Assembly: GCA_043811535.1 (NCBI GenBank)
Contig: JBDRNC010000027.1
Location: 1-64,000, forward strand
Source: Elusimicrobiota bacterium
GTDB taxonomy: Bacteria; Elusimicrobiota; Endomicrobiia; Endomicrobiales; JBDRNC01
DNA: 64,000 nucleotides
Direction: 5' to 3'
In this document: one piece after another, positions 41,121 through 51,849 of the stretch
Layout: the number at the start of each line of letters is the position of its first letter
Numbering within the stretch: position 1 is the stretch's first letter
Made by a program: the position numbers and the translations under genes
Notes under the pieces: model-generated
What the model saw: the letters and a program-made list of their open reading frames with translations, nothing else
The model's database searches: none
What the model was told of the DNA's origin: nothing

Positions 41121-41319
41121 GGAACACCCCTATGTAATTAGATTGTCTTATGTGACATCCCGAGAAGCGGAGCGTATCGGGATTGGGCACGTATCCTCTA
41201 GTGTTTTATTTTATTGCCGTTTGCGACATCCCGCCAACGGCGGGATTGACACCTTGAACACATAAAGCGTTGTTTTAAATTACCGTTTGTGAAATCCCGC
41301 GTAAGCGGGATGTTGTGTT

Positions 41320-42009
41320 TTATTTATTCGTATTTATATCGGGTTGCTTATCTTTGAGAACGCGGGAATTGAATTCTTCGCCGTAAGTATAATTGATTAT
41401 TTTGTTCTTGCAAAGGTCGACATTGGGGACTATTATTATCGCTTTGTCATCAGAAACGAATCTGGATCTTCTTACTCCAATTTCGAGAACCTTCACATTT
41501 TCTCCGGTAGGCAGTTTTATCCTGTCTCCTATTCTAAACGGAGAATCAATCATTATCAGAAAACCGGCAATGATGTTGGCGATAGTATCCTGGGCCGCCA
41601 GGGCTATTGCCAGCGAACCTACGCCAAGGGCCGCAACGAGGGCATTGATGTTTACGCCGAAAAAGGGCAGAATGATAAGCGTTGCGATAATCCATATAAT
41701 GACCTTGGCCGTTCTTTGGATAATCGGCACGAGCTTGTCGTCAAGCTGCGTTTTTGTTTTTGAGGCCACGTTAGCATGATACCATCCGAGCGCCGCTCCG
41801 GCGGTTTTACTGACAACGAACCCGGCCGCGATAACAAAGACGGAATTAATGTATTTTTTTAACGATTCGAAAAGCTCCGGAGATATATTAGGAACGATCT
41901 CATTTACATAAAAAATATACGCCGCAAGAATTGCGGCAAAAATCAGGATTGATAACACGGCTTTTTTAAGGATTTCTACGCTTATCTTTTCGGATATTCT
42001 TGACATCAT
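41320..42009 (-). CDS. MscS-family mechanosensitive channel (short form)
   Basis: LGVGSLAIALAAQDTIANIIAG...PFRIGDRI...IVPN. Confidence 0.88.
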   Translation of the reverse strand: MMSRISEKISVEILKKAVLSILIFAAILAAYIFYVNEIVPNISPELFESLKKYINSVFVIAAGFVVSKTAGAALGWYHANVASKTKTQLDDKLVPIIQRTAKVIIWIIATLIILPFFGVNINALVAALGVGSLAIALAAQDTIANIIAGFLIMIDSPFRIGDRIKLPTGENVKVLEIGVRRSRFVSDDKAIIIVPNVDLCKNKIINYTYGEEFNSRVLKDKQPDINTNK

Positions 42010-42123
42010 GATCTCCCGAGATTTATTCGATTAAGCAGTTATTGGTTGTTAAGAAGGCATATCGGAGTTGTCGGTAGAAAGACACAAGCCCTGATTTCGC
42101 ATCTGCTGCGGTATGAAAGGGAT

Positions 42124-42203
42124 TCGGGGCGGGTCCGCCTAGGTGGAAACCGCCGACCTCTCCCACCCCAAGGGAGTGCGCTAGCCAACTACGCTACGCC
42201 CCG
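42124..42203 (-). pseudogene. tRNA-Pro(GGG) with T-arm disrupted by a 14-nt palindrome
   Basis: Intact acceptor, D and anticodon arms (TTGGGGT loop); GGCGGTT is followed by TCCACCTAGGCGGA instead of C(A/G)AATCCG. Confidence 0.75.
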
Positions 42204-42210
42204 AATATCA

Positions 42211-42450
42211 TTATTTCAAAATTTTCTTTAAAAGATCTCGACCCTTACCCGTTTTTAGCTCTTTTTCTCTTTTCATAGCTTCATTACGGGTTGCATAGGG
42301 TTCAGAATATACTAGTGTCACAGGAAGCCTAAATTTCGTTGATTTTTGTTTTCCTGAATTGTGCCACGTTACTCTTTCTTGAAGGTTGGAAGTTTGTCCG
42401 GTATATAGTTTACCGTCTTTTAAGCTTTTAAGCACGTAAACAAAGAACAT
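42211..42450 (-). CDS. GIY-YIG nuclease family protein
   Basis: VYVLKS...LYTGQTSNL..R...HNSG...A.KREK.LK.G.GR. Confidence 0.92.
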   Translation of the reverse strand: MFFVYVLKSLKDGKLYTGQTSNLQERVTWHNSGKQKSTKFRLPVTLVYSEPYATRNEAMKREKELKTGKGRDLLKKILK

Positions 42451-42458
42451 TTTTCTCT

Positions 42459-42851
42459 CTATTTAAGCATTTTCAGCAGATCCTGAAGCTCTTCCCTAAC
42501 TTCCTTTATTACTTCAGGCGCGGCGGATGATGCAGAGACGGACGCTGGCTGTTGTATCTCAAAGTTCAGCTGGACATCGGTTGAGCCGCTGTCCTTGCGT
42601 TTTTCATCAAGCAGGTGTTTCTTGGCGCCGGCTATCGTGAACTTTCTGGAGTAAAGCAGGTCTTTAATCCTGAAGATCGTTTCAATGTCTTTACGGATAT
42701 ATTTCCGCTGGCCTGACGTCCTGCGAGCGGGTCTCAGCAGTTTGAATTCGCTTTCCCAGTACCTGAGCACGTACGCCGGAATCTGGGCTATGCGGCTGGC
42801 TTCGCCTATGGAGAAGAATTCTTTGTCAGGTATCGGAGGAAAATCTAGCAT
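42459..42851 (-). CDS. MerR-family transcriptional regulator
   Basis: FSIGEA...YVLRYWESEF..L.P...GQRKY; downstream of an IHF/HU gene. Confidence 0.92.
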   Translation of the reverse strand: MLDFPPIPDKEFFSIGEASRIAQIPAYVLRYWESEFKLLRPARRTSGQRKYIRKDIETIFRIKDLLYSRKFTIAGAKKHLLDEKRKDSGSTDVQLNFEIQQPASVSASSAAPEVIKEVREELQDLLKMLK

Positions 42852-43150
42852 TTTTTTCTATCGCAGGATCCAATCAAAGGTTAAAGTAATACTTTAAATC
42901 TTAATGTCCGCTATATTCTAACGAAAGAACTTCAAATTGTCAAGTTATCTTTCGGGACAATTCCTTCGCAGTACGCCTCGCCCACACCTCTCGGCTCTCG
43001 CACGAGCCCTTCAAAAAGCCCAAGTCGGGCTCGTGAGACCTGCTGCAGAATTATCCCTCACTCCCCATATAACTGCATTCTAAGGTTGTTCTTTTCCTGG
43101 TCTTAATTTCGTTAACTTATGAACCTATGAGCTAATGGACGCCGGTTGCG

Positions 43151-43408
43151 TTATAATAGATTCTTCGCCTGTTTGAAGCGCACTTTCCTGCGGGGCATGA
43201 GGTGTATGGTTTCTCCTGTTTTAGGATTTCTGCCTTTCTTCGCGCGTGAAATGAAAGGAGTAAAGCTGCCGAATCCTGAAACCACCACTTTATGCCCCTC
43301 TTTAAGGGCTTTCTTGATTTCGGCGAATATTTTGTCAACCGACGCTTTTGCTTCGGTTTTCGTGCTGAGTACCCTTGACAGTGATTCAACAAGATGCTTT
43401 TTGTTCAT
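43151..43408 (-). CDS. HU/IHF family DNA-binding protein
   Basis: GFGSF...GRNPKTGE. Confidence 0.95.
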   Translation of the reverse strand: MNKKHLVESLSRVLSTKTEAKASVDKIFAEIKKALKEGHKVVVSGFGSFTPFISRAKKGRNPKTGETIHLMPRRKVRFKQAKNLL

Positions 43409-43487
43409 TTAAACTCCCATATATGGCTGACTGTTGTGTAATGTTCTTTGTTTAATGTGTAATGAAACAGCGGAAAAAGCACCTTCA

Positions 43488-44171
43488 TTACACAGTATGC
43501 GTCGTTTTAGTTCTTATTTTCAGTTCTTTCCCTTCAATAAGCCTTTTTATGTTCGAGCGGTGCTGGAATATTATGAGAACCGCCATGCAGGCGGCGAAAA
43601 TCGTAAGGCTTTTCGGACGGCCGAGCAGCAGCGAGAAAACCGGAAGCGCGATTGCGGCTGTTATTGAACCGGTAGACGCGTGTTTTGTCAGGAGAACGAC
43701 TGCCCAGAACAGGGCAAAAGCCCCGGCCGCGGGCAATGGAAGCACCGCGAAAAACACCCCCGCGCTGGTCGCGACGCCTTTTCCCCCGCGGAAATTCAGG
43801 AATACGGTCCACATATGGCCTGCGATGGCGCAAATGGCCACGATTATCCAAAGAACCGTCCGGTCGGGCCCGAAATATCTTGCTGCGAGAAAGACGGGCA
43901 GAAATCCTTTGAGGAAGTCCAGCAGGAATGCGGCTATACCCGCGGCGGGGCCTGCGGTCCGGTAGACATTCGCCGCTCCGGGATTCCCGGAACCGAGTTT
44001 CCGTATATCGATGCCTTTAAAGGCTTTCGCCGTCAGAAAACTGAACGGTATTGAGCCGGCAAGATAAGAAAATACGATCCATATGGGGATTTCCGTAAAA
44101 CTGAAACTCCAGAGTACGGCTGACCCGATGAGGCCTAAAATAACCACTAAAAATACAAGTAATACATCCAT
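43488..44171 (-). CDS. plsY: glycerol-3-phosphate acyltransferase PlsY
   Basis: YLAGSIPF, GSGNPGAANVYR, DFLKG, GH...F.GGKGVAT, HRSNI.RL. Confidence 0.95.
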   Translation of the reverse strand: MDVLLVFLVVILGLIGSAVLWSFSFTEIPIWIVFSYLAGSIPFSFLTAKAFKGIDIRKLGSGNPGAANVYRTAGPAAGIAAFLLDFLKGFLPVFLAARYFGPDRTVLWIIVAICAIAGHMWTVFLNFRGGKGVATSAGVFFAVLPLPAAGAFALFWAVVLLTKHASTGSITAAIALPVFSLLLGRPKSLTIFAACMAVLIIFQHRSNIKRLIEGKELKIRTKTTHTV

Positions 44172-44173
44172 TG

Positions 44174-45481
44174 TTAACCTCTGACGAATTTCAGCACGAT
44201 CGGCGTGCCCGTGAACCCGAAGTTTTCGCGCAGAATGTTGGTCAGGTAGCGCCTGTATGAGAAATGGACAAGTTCGGTCTTGTTTACAAGAAGAGTGAAA
44301 TGCGGGGGGCGCGTGCCGGTTTGGGAGACTTTCGTTAGTTTCAGCATTTCCCCTTTTTGGGAGAACGGATTCCGCGCGAAGGCGTTTTCGAAGACTTCCT
44401 TGATCCGGTCGCTGTCCGCTGTTTTGGAATATTCCTGGTAGATCCCGTAAACTTCGTCCAGTATCTTTTCGGTGCGCTGGCCGGTTTTCGCCGACATGAA
44501 AACCACCTTTGACCACCAAAGGAACTTGAGCTTTTGTTCAAGAAGTCCGTTGAAACGCTTTACCATTTCTTCCCTGCTCTCGATAAGGTCCCATTTATTG
44601 ACGGCGATCAGGCACGCGCACCGGTTTTCCAGTATGAGCTCGGCTATACGCGCTTCGGTCTCGCCGACGCCCTGCGTGGCGTCAATGATCAAAACCGCCA
44701 CTTCGGCGTTCTCAACCGCGTGGTGCGCGCTCAAGGAAGAAAGGTATTCAAGGTCGTTCTTGAATTTCCGTTTCTTGCGGAGCCCCGGCGTGTCTACAAG
44801 CACGAAAGTCCTTTCGCCGCGCCTGATGACTATATCGATGGCTTCCCGGGTCGTGCCGGCTTTTTCGCTTACAATAGTCCGCTCCTCTTTGCATATCATG
44901 TTCAGAAAAGAGGATTTGCCCACGTTCGGCTTGCCGAGCAGTATCACCTTTATTGCGTTTTCTGTTTTTTCCCCGGCCGATATTTTATTGTCCATCGGAA
45001 TAAGCCCGGATATCTTTTCCATCAGCTCGGGGATATTCCGCCCGTGCGTGGCGGAGACGTTGACAATGTTGTCGATCCCGAGTTTATAAAAGTCGAATGT
45101 TTTGGATTCTTCCCTTTCAGAGTCGATCTTATTGACCACAAGGATGGTTTTCTTATTCAGCCGCCTGATGAATTTCGCGAGTTCCAGGTCAAGCGGGTTG
45201 AGGCCGTTCTTGCCGTCGACAACGAACAAGGCGTAATCCGATTGCGTAAGCGCTTTCTCGAGGTTTTCCCTTATTTCGGCGGAGAACTGCGAAGTTTCGT
45301 CGCCCCACCCGCCGGTGTCGGCCAGTATGAAACTCATGTCCCCCCAGGTAACTACGTTCTCGTTCATGTCCCGGGTCGTTCCGGGTTCATGATGGACGAG
45401 CGCCTTCCTCCTGCCAATCAGGCGGTTAAAAAGAGTCGACTTGCCGGCGTTGGGCCGGCCCACGATTACTATTGTTTCCAT
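44174..45481 (-). CDS. der: ribosome biogenesis GTPase Der
   Basis: Two G domains (GRPNAGKS; GKPNVGKS) and a KH-like C-terminus FGF.GTPI. Confidence 0.97.
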   Translation of the reverse strand: METIVIVGRPNAGKSTLFNRLIGRRKALVHHEPGTTRDMNENVVTWGDMSFILADTGGWGDETSQFSAEIRENLEKALTQSDYALFVVDGKNGLNPLDLELAKFIRRLNKKTILVVNKIDSEREESKTFDFYKLGIDNIVNVSATHGRNIPELMEKISGLIPMDNKISAGEKTENAIKVILLGKPNVGKSSFLNMICKEERTIVSEKAGTTREAIDIVIRRGERTFVLVDTPGLRKKRKFKNDLEYLSSLSAHHAVENAEVAVLIIDATQGVGETEARIAELILENRCACLIAVNKWDLIESREEMVKRFNGLLEQKLKFLWWSKVVFMSAKTGQRTEKILDEVYGIYQEYSKTADSDRIKEVFENAFARNPFSQKGEMLKLTKVSQTGTRPPHFTLLVNKTELVHFSYRRYLTNILRENFGFTGTPIVLKFVRG

Positions 45482-45663
45482 TAGAGGTGTTTGCCCGCCT
45501 TCGCGTAGAGTCTCTGAAGTTTCACTTTGAATAAAAACGTCTGCGACTGAGTGTGTAAATATACCAAGTCGCTTGAAAAGGGCAGTCCACCGAAGCTGCC
45601 CGCCGCGGCGGGCGCTTAGTGAAGGTGGATGCTCCCCGGTGTATCGGGGAGGTGGAGACGGTA

Positions 45664-46200
45664 TCACCGCCTAACTGGCGGTGAGGCTCCACTCAGGTTC
45701 TTGCTCCCGACAATGACGTAATCAAGAGCGGAAGCGGAGGTTATGATGACCGTTAATACGAGAAAACCCTCTTTCCACTGCCCTGCGAGACCGAGCAGTA
45801 TCAGCCATACAGTGGTCATCTGGATTATCGCCGTCAGTTTTCCGGAAAGCCGCGGCTTTATCTCGATAGAATGCGTGATGAAGTAGAACACGAGCCAGCC
45901 GATTACGATGAGCATGTCCCGGCTCACAATGACCACGAATATCCAGAGCGGTATGACTTTCAGGTATGCCAGCGTCAAAAACGATGAAAACATCAGCAGT
46001 TTGTCCGCGAGCGGGTCCAGAAAAGAGCCGAGAGCCGTTTTTTGCTTTTTCCAGCGCGCGATGAAACCGTCAAGCGCGTCGGTCACTATTGTGAACGTGA
46101 ATATCACGGCGGGCCACGGGTGGTGCCCCTGAAGAAGCAGCACGATAAAAATAGGCATCAATATGATGCGCAGGAGCGTTATTTTAGTCGCGAGAGTCAT
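45664..46200 (-). CDS. CDP-alcohol phosphatidyltransferase (PgsA-like)
   Basis: TDALDGFIAR...T.LG.FLDPLADK. Confidence 0.92.
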   Translation of the reverse strand: MTLATKITLLRIILMPIFIVLLLQGHHPWPAVIFTFTIVTDALDGFIARWKKQKTALGSFLDPLADKLLMFSSFLTLAYLKVIPLWIFVVIVSRDMLIVIGWLVFYFITHSIEIKPRLSGKLTAIIQMTTVWLILLGLAGQWKEGFLVLTVIITSASALDYVIVGSKNLSGASPPVRR

Positions 46201-46213
46201 TTATCCGCCTTAT

Positions 46214-46352
46214 TAAACACTAAATACTAAACTCTAAACACTAAATAAATCAAAAATAATAAATTCAAAATTTCAAATATAACTGCAGTGTTTGTGTTTT
46301 AATTTTTGTGTTTTGAGCTTATTTAGTGTTTAGTATTTTGTTTTTAGTATTT
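46214..46352. repeat. gene-less family A inverted 7-mer array
   Basis: ACTAAA(T/C) left arm ending CTAAATAAATCAAAAAT; TTTAGT right arm overlapping the hflX stop. Confidence 0.8.
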
Positions 46353-47700
46353 GTCGTATCTTGTTCCAGTGTTCCTTTGTCGTTTCAATATTCAATTTAA
46401 CGTTTTTTTCGGTATATTCCCGTTTTTTTACGACAGCCAGCTTGTGAATCTGTCCAAGCAGCCGTGTTTTGGAGTACGGCACTCTTATCGAGTGGCGGTA
46501 TACTTTCGGTACGACTATATTCTCTATTCTGGAAAGGAGCTGTTCGACGCCGTTGCCGAATCTCGCCGATATCAGCAGCGCCCCGTCGCGCGAGAGCCTG
46601 GCGCGCTGTTCTTTTAAAAGCAGGTCGGCCTTATTGTATACGTTTATGACCGGTATTTTTTCAGCGCCGAGTTCTTTAAGGACCGACAGCACTGTCCTGA
46701 CCTGGTTCTCGTAGTCCGCGTGCGACGCGTCAATGACGTGGACAAGGCAGCTTGAAAGCGATATTTCTTCAAGCGTCGCGTGGAAAGCCGCCACAAGCGA
46801 ATGCGGGAGTTTTTTGATGAATCCGACCGTGTCCGTAAAAAGAGCGATCCTTCCGTTTGGGAGCTTTACCTGCCTTGTTGTGGGGTCAAGCGTCGCGAAA
46901 AGCTTGTCATCCGCGTAAACCCCGTTAGAAATCTCACGGGCAGCATAGTATGCTTTGTGCGAATTGGATTGTCTGTTCTTCCCCGGGATAAAGCCCGCGA
47001 TGTCCTGATTTTTTACGGGGTAAACCCCGCGGTTTTTATCCGTACCGGGTGTTGCCCCGCTTAAAGCGTTAAGCAGTGTTGATTTTCCGGCGTTAGTATA
47101 ACCGGCGATAGTCACTACCGGCTGCCCGGAATCAAGCCTTTTCTGCCGCAGGACGCCGCGATGGAACCTGACCGATTCTATTTCCCGGTCCAGCAGCGCT
47201 ATGCGTTCCCTGACGCGCCTCTGGTCGACTTCAAGTTTTTTCTCGCCGGGGCCCCTTGTGCCTATGCCGCCGGTCTGCTGTTCAAACCTGCCGAAGCGTT
47301 CGGTTATGCGCGGAAGGAAGTATTCCAACTGAGCCCGCTCAACCTGAAGTATGCCCTCTTTGCTGCGGGCTCTTTTGGCGAATATATCAAGGATGAGGCG
47401 CGACCGGTCGATTATCTTCGCTTCTACGGCTTCTTCAAGATTTTTCTGCTGCACGGGCTTGAGCTCTTCGTCAAAGATAATGGTTTTAATATTTTTTTCG
47501 CGGGCCAATTCCTTGAGTTCCAGCGCTTTCCCGGCGCCGATAAGATATGCCGGGTCTGTTTTATGCCGTTTCTGTATTACGGTTAATTCCGGTTTTGCTC
47601 CGGCAGTCTCGGCAAGCCGCGAAAGCTCGGCGATCGAATCCTCAACTTCGTTTCGTTTTGTCTTCGGAAGCTGCAGGCCTAAAAGGATTGCTCTTTCCAT
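46330..47700 (-). CDS. hflX: GTPase HflX with an in-frame palindromic insertion
   Basis: GIGTRGPGE, GYTNAGKS, LFATLDPT, DTVGFI, NKAD. Confidence 0.96.
   Translation of the reverse strand: MERAILLGLQLPKTKRNEVEDSIAELSRLAETAGAKPELTVIQKRHKTDPAYLIGAGKALELKELAREKNIKTIIFDEELKPVQQKNLEEAVEAKIIDRSRLILDIFAKRARSKEGILQVERAQLEYFLPRITERFGRFEQQTGGIGTRGPGEKKLEVDQRRVRERIALLDREIESVRFHRGVLRQKRLDSGQPVVTIAGYTNAGKSTLLNALSGATPGTDKNRGVYPVKNQDIAGFIPGKNRQSNSHKAYYAAREISNGVYADDKLFATLDPTTRQVKLPNGRIALFTDTVGFIKKLPHSLVAAFHATLEEISLSSCLVHVIDASHADYENQVRTVLSVLKELGAEKIPVINVYNKADLLLKEQRARLSRDGALLISARFGNGVEQLLSRIENIVVPKVYRHSIRVPYSKTRLLGQIHKLAVVKKREYTEKNVKLNIETTKEHWNKIRQILKTKY
46919..47024. mobile_element. MITE-like insertion inside hflX
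   Basis: ACCCCGTTAGA...TTTACGGGGTAAA; GTAAACCCCG repeated 105 nt apart. Confidence 0.7.
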
Positions 47701-47730
47701 ATTTTGGGTTGTAACTGTAAATGAGAGTCA

Positions 47731-48666
47731 CTATTCTACCATATCGGCTATACGATTAGCAATATTGACCGCAGAAAACTGTTTTTCTGATGTATGGATC
47801 CAATTAATGCGGTTGTCTTTTCTGAACCATGTTATCTGTCTTTTCGCGTAATTCCTGTTGTCCTGTTGAAGGCCGGACACAAGTTCCGTTCTGTCCGTTA
47901 TGCTTTTCAGAAAATCGATGACGCGGCGGTATCCCAGACCCTGGAGTCCCGGGCAGTCTTCCTTAAATCCCATGGCGACAGCCCTTTTTGTTTCTTCTAT
48001 CATGCCCGATTCAAGCATCTTACGGCTTCGCGCGTCCACCCGGCCGTATAATTCTTCCCTTTCCCAGAGCAGGCCGAACTGGATGAATTTCTCCGACGAA
48101 GGTTTTGTGTTTTTGTGCAGAGCGCTTATCGGTATGCCGGTGAGCTCATACACTTCCAGCGCGCGGATAAGCCTCTGGGGATTGCCCTTGTTTTTTTCGG
48201 CGGCCTGCGGGTCGATTGTTTTCAGCCGTTCGTAAAGATGTTCTTTCCCGCGACTGGACAGGCCGGCCTGCAGTTTCGCGCGTATCACGGCGTCCTGTTC
48301 CGGCAGTTCTGCCAGCCCGTCAACGAGCGCTTTGATGTAAAGGCCGGTGCCCCCGGCTATGATAGGGAGTTTTTTTGAGTTTCTTATCTTCCGTATAGAT
48401 TCCCCTGCCTGCTTTACGAATTCTCCCGCGCTGAAAATTTCGGACGGTTCAATTACATCCGTAAGGCGCTGGGCTATGCCGCCGGCCATGCGCAGGCCGG
48501 TCTTTTGGTCAAGTGTTCCTTCCTTGTTTGTGCCGATATCAAGGTATCTGTAAACCTGCCTTGAATCTGCGGAAATGATCTCACCGTTGATCTTTTTAGC
48601 AAGTTCAACCGCGACGGCTGTTTTACCTGAACCAGTGGGCCCTGCAATAATAATTATCGCGTTCAT
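47731..48666 (-). CDS. miaA: tRNA dimethylallyltransferase
   Basis: GPTGSGKT, ISADSRQVY, GGTGLY, R.IRALEV, YAKRQ.TWF. Confidence 0.97.
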   Translation of the reverse strand: MNAIIIIAGPTGSGKTAVAVELAKKINGEIISADSRQVYRYLDIGTNKEGTLDQKTGLRMAGGIAQRLTDVIEPSEIFSAGEFVKQAGESIRKIRNSKKLPIIAGGTGLYIKALVDGLAELPEQDAVIRAKLQAGLSSRGKEHLYERLKTIDPQAAEKNKGNPQRLIRALEVYELTGIPISALHKNTKPSSEKFIQFGLLWEREELYGRVDARSRKMLESGMIEETKRAVAMGFKEDCPGLQGLGYRRVIDFLKSITDRTELVSGLQQDNRNYAKRQITWFRKDNRINWIHTSEKQFSAVNIANRIADMVE

Positions 48667-48695
48667 TCACCTATTCTATAATATTTGACCAAAAG

Positions 48696-48759
48696 AAAAA
48701 AGCAGGGCCGAACCAATCCCGCATCGGCAAAATCGATGCGGGATTGTGCCTGCTTTTTT
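48696..48759. terminator. bidirectional-looking terminator with nested palindrome
   Basis: AAAAAAGCAGG...ATCCCGCATCG..CGATGCGGGAT...CCTGCTTTTTT. Confidence 0.7.
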
Positions 48760-48770
48760 CTATAACTTAA

Positions 48771-48902
48771 TTACTTCGCAGGTGTTGCGGGAGCCGCAGG
48801 AGCTGCCGGCGCATCAGTCGTTGCAGGGACCGTGGCCTCCTGTTTCGTGCATCCGGCGAAAACCGCCGCCGCGAAGAAAAGAACGAGAATCACTTTTTTC
48901 AT
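48771..48902 (-). CDS. 43-aa Ala/Pro-rich lipoprotein (absent from the ORF track)
   Basis: MKKVILVLFFAAAVFAG|CTKQEATVPATTDAPAAPAAPATPAK; lipobox; AAGGAGG RBS; own promoter and terminator. Confidence 0.85.
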   Translation of the reverse strand: MKKVILVLFFAAAVFAGCTKQEATVPATTDAPAAPAAPATPAK

Positions 48903-48981
48903 TTTGTACACCTCCTTTTCTTAAAGAAAAACCCCTAAGTGCATAAGCCCTTAGAGGCGACACTTTATTCGACTAATCAGT

Positions 48982-49010
48982 AATATACTCAAATTCCGTG
49001 ATTTTGTCAA
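48982..49010 (-). promoter_or_regulatory. sigma70 promoter
   Basis: TTGACA-17 bp-TATATT upstream of the small lipoprotein. Confidence 0.75.
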
Positions 49011-49093
49011 GACAAAATGTGTTATGTGTAAAGTGTAATGAAGATATTATGCTGTTTTTCGTTTATTTATCAAACATTACACATTTAACATGT

Positions 49094-49507
49094 CTATCTT
49101 TTACTGCGTCTTTTGTATTTTTCGCCCACTTTAAGTTCAAGTATATGTTTCCTGAGCTCTTTTTCAATGAATGAAGTCTCGTTTTTGTCCTTGGTAGTCT
49201 TGAGCAGCTCCCGGGCTCTTTCCTGCGCCTGTTTTTCCTTTTCCAATTCTATGTCGGCTGACCTGACAGCATAGTCGGCCAGTACGTTCACGGCGTTCTG
49301 CGTTATCTCAATAAAGCCGCCCGTAACGGCGATAGAAACGTCTGCGCCGGCTTTCCGTATAAGTATCTCGCCCTCTTTCAGCTTGGTGAAAACAGGGGTG
49401 TGGCCGGGCAGGACCGTGAGTTCGCCCGTCACCGAAGGGAACGTCGCTTCGCGCACCGCGTCCTTGAAGATTGTGCCCTCAGGAGAGATAATAAGCAGGT
49501 TTATCAT
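49094..49507 (-). CDS. atpC: ATP synthase epsilon subunit
   Basis: GELTVLPGHTP, GGFIEI; operon position. Confidence 0.95.
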   Translation of the reverse strand: MINLLIISPEGTIFKDAVREATFPSVTGELTVLPGHTPVFTKLKEGEILIRKAGADVSIAVTGGFIEITQNAVNVLADYAVRSADIELEKEKQAQERARELLKTTKDKNETSFIEKELRKHILELKVGEKYKRRSKR

Positions 49508-49524
49508 GATAGTTTAGCGCAACA

Positions 49525-50949
<1,425 letters not shown>

Positions 50950-51801
50950 TTACGAGATCTTGGCGTTTGCAAGGTCCAGTATCTCGTTAGTGATCCTTTC
51001 CTGTCTTGTTTTATTGTATGTAAGCGTTAGAGATTCTCCTATGTCCAGCGCGTTTTCCTTTGCGTTCCCCATGGCGATCATCCTGGCCGCCTGTTCGGAG
51101 GTGTATGCCTGTATCAACGCGTTGAAAAGTTTTATTTCAAGGTAATAAGGGATCAGTTCATTCAGAATGTACTGGAGCCCGGGCTCGAACTTGTACGGCA
51201 GGACTTGATTCTCCGCTGCTTGTTTCGGCGGTTCTATGGGCAGTACTTTTACCGCAACGGGCGACTGGGAAAAGAATGACCTGAATTCGGTGTAAAGCAG
51301 GTGTACTTCGGAGACCTGTTTCCCGAGATAACTCCGCTGAATGATGTTCATGAGCGGATAGACCGAAGTGTAGTGAGGGAACTTGCCGCCGAACGGGAAA
51401 GATGCCGGGATTTCGTAGCCCATTCTTGAAGCGAAGCGCTCTATTTTATTCCCCACAGTCACGACCGTGAGATTACCGGAGCCGAATTCAAGCAGCTTCC
51501 TGCACAGATTGGTCACTATAGAACCGGCCAGCCCCCTGTCCGGCGAGAATGCTATCAGCAGCCGGTTTTGGGTATTGACGTTTTTGGCCATGTAAGGGTG
51601 CTCGATATCTTCGGCCCGGGACGATGAAAGCATCCTGTCAAGAACCTCGGTGATCTTGTCCGAATACGGCTTGTTGTTCTGAGCCGCGGCCTGGGCCTTC
51701 TTGATCTTGGACGCGGCGATCATCTCCATCGCGCGCGCTATCTGCGAGATGTTCTGCGCCGTTTTAATCCGTTTTTTCAGAGATTGAAGGTTCTGGGACA
51801 T
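50950..51801 (-). CDS. atpG: ATP synthase gamma subunit
   Basis: AMEMIAASK, SEQAARMIAM, RQERITNEI. Confidence 0.97.
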   Translation of the reverse strand: MSQNLQSLKKRIKTAQNISQIARAMEMIAASKIKKAQAAAQNNKPYSDKITEVLDRMLSSSRAEDIEHPYMAKNVNTQNRLLIAFSPDRGLAGSIVTNLCRKLLEFGSGNLTVVTVGNKIERFASRMGYEIPASFPFGGKFPHYTSVYPLMNIIQRSYLGKQVSEVHLLYTEFRSFFSQSPVAVKVLPIEPPKQAAENQVLPYKFEPGLQYILNELIPYYLEIKLFNALIQAYTSEQAARMIAMGNAKENALDIGESLTLTYNKTRQERITNEILDLANAKIS

Positions 51802-51849
51802 AATAACACCGATTACAAGATTGAAAGATTTAAAGATTACAAAAAAACA

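Noticed and set aside
45495..45525. Minus-strand CTTCAGAGACTCTACGC resembling a group I intron core motif
   Set aside because: No partner motif, too little space and no interrupted gene
43488..45667. Long N-terminal extensions of plsY and der in the ORF track
   Set aside because: They overlap neighbouring genes or repeats; homology begins at ATG 44171 and ATG 45481
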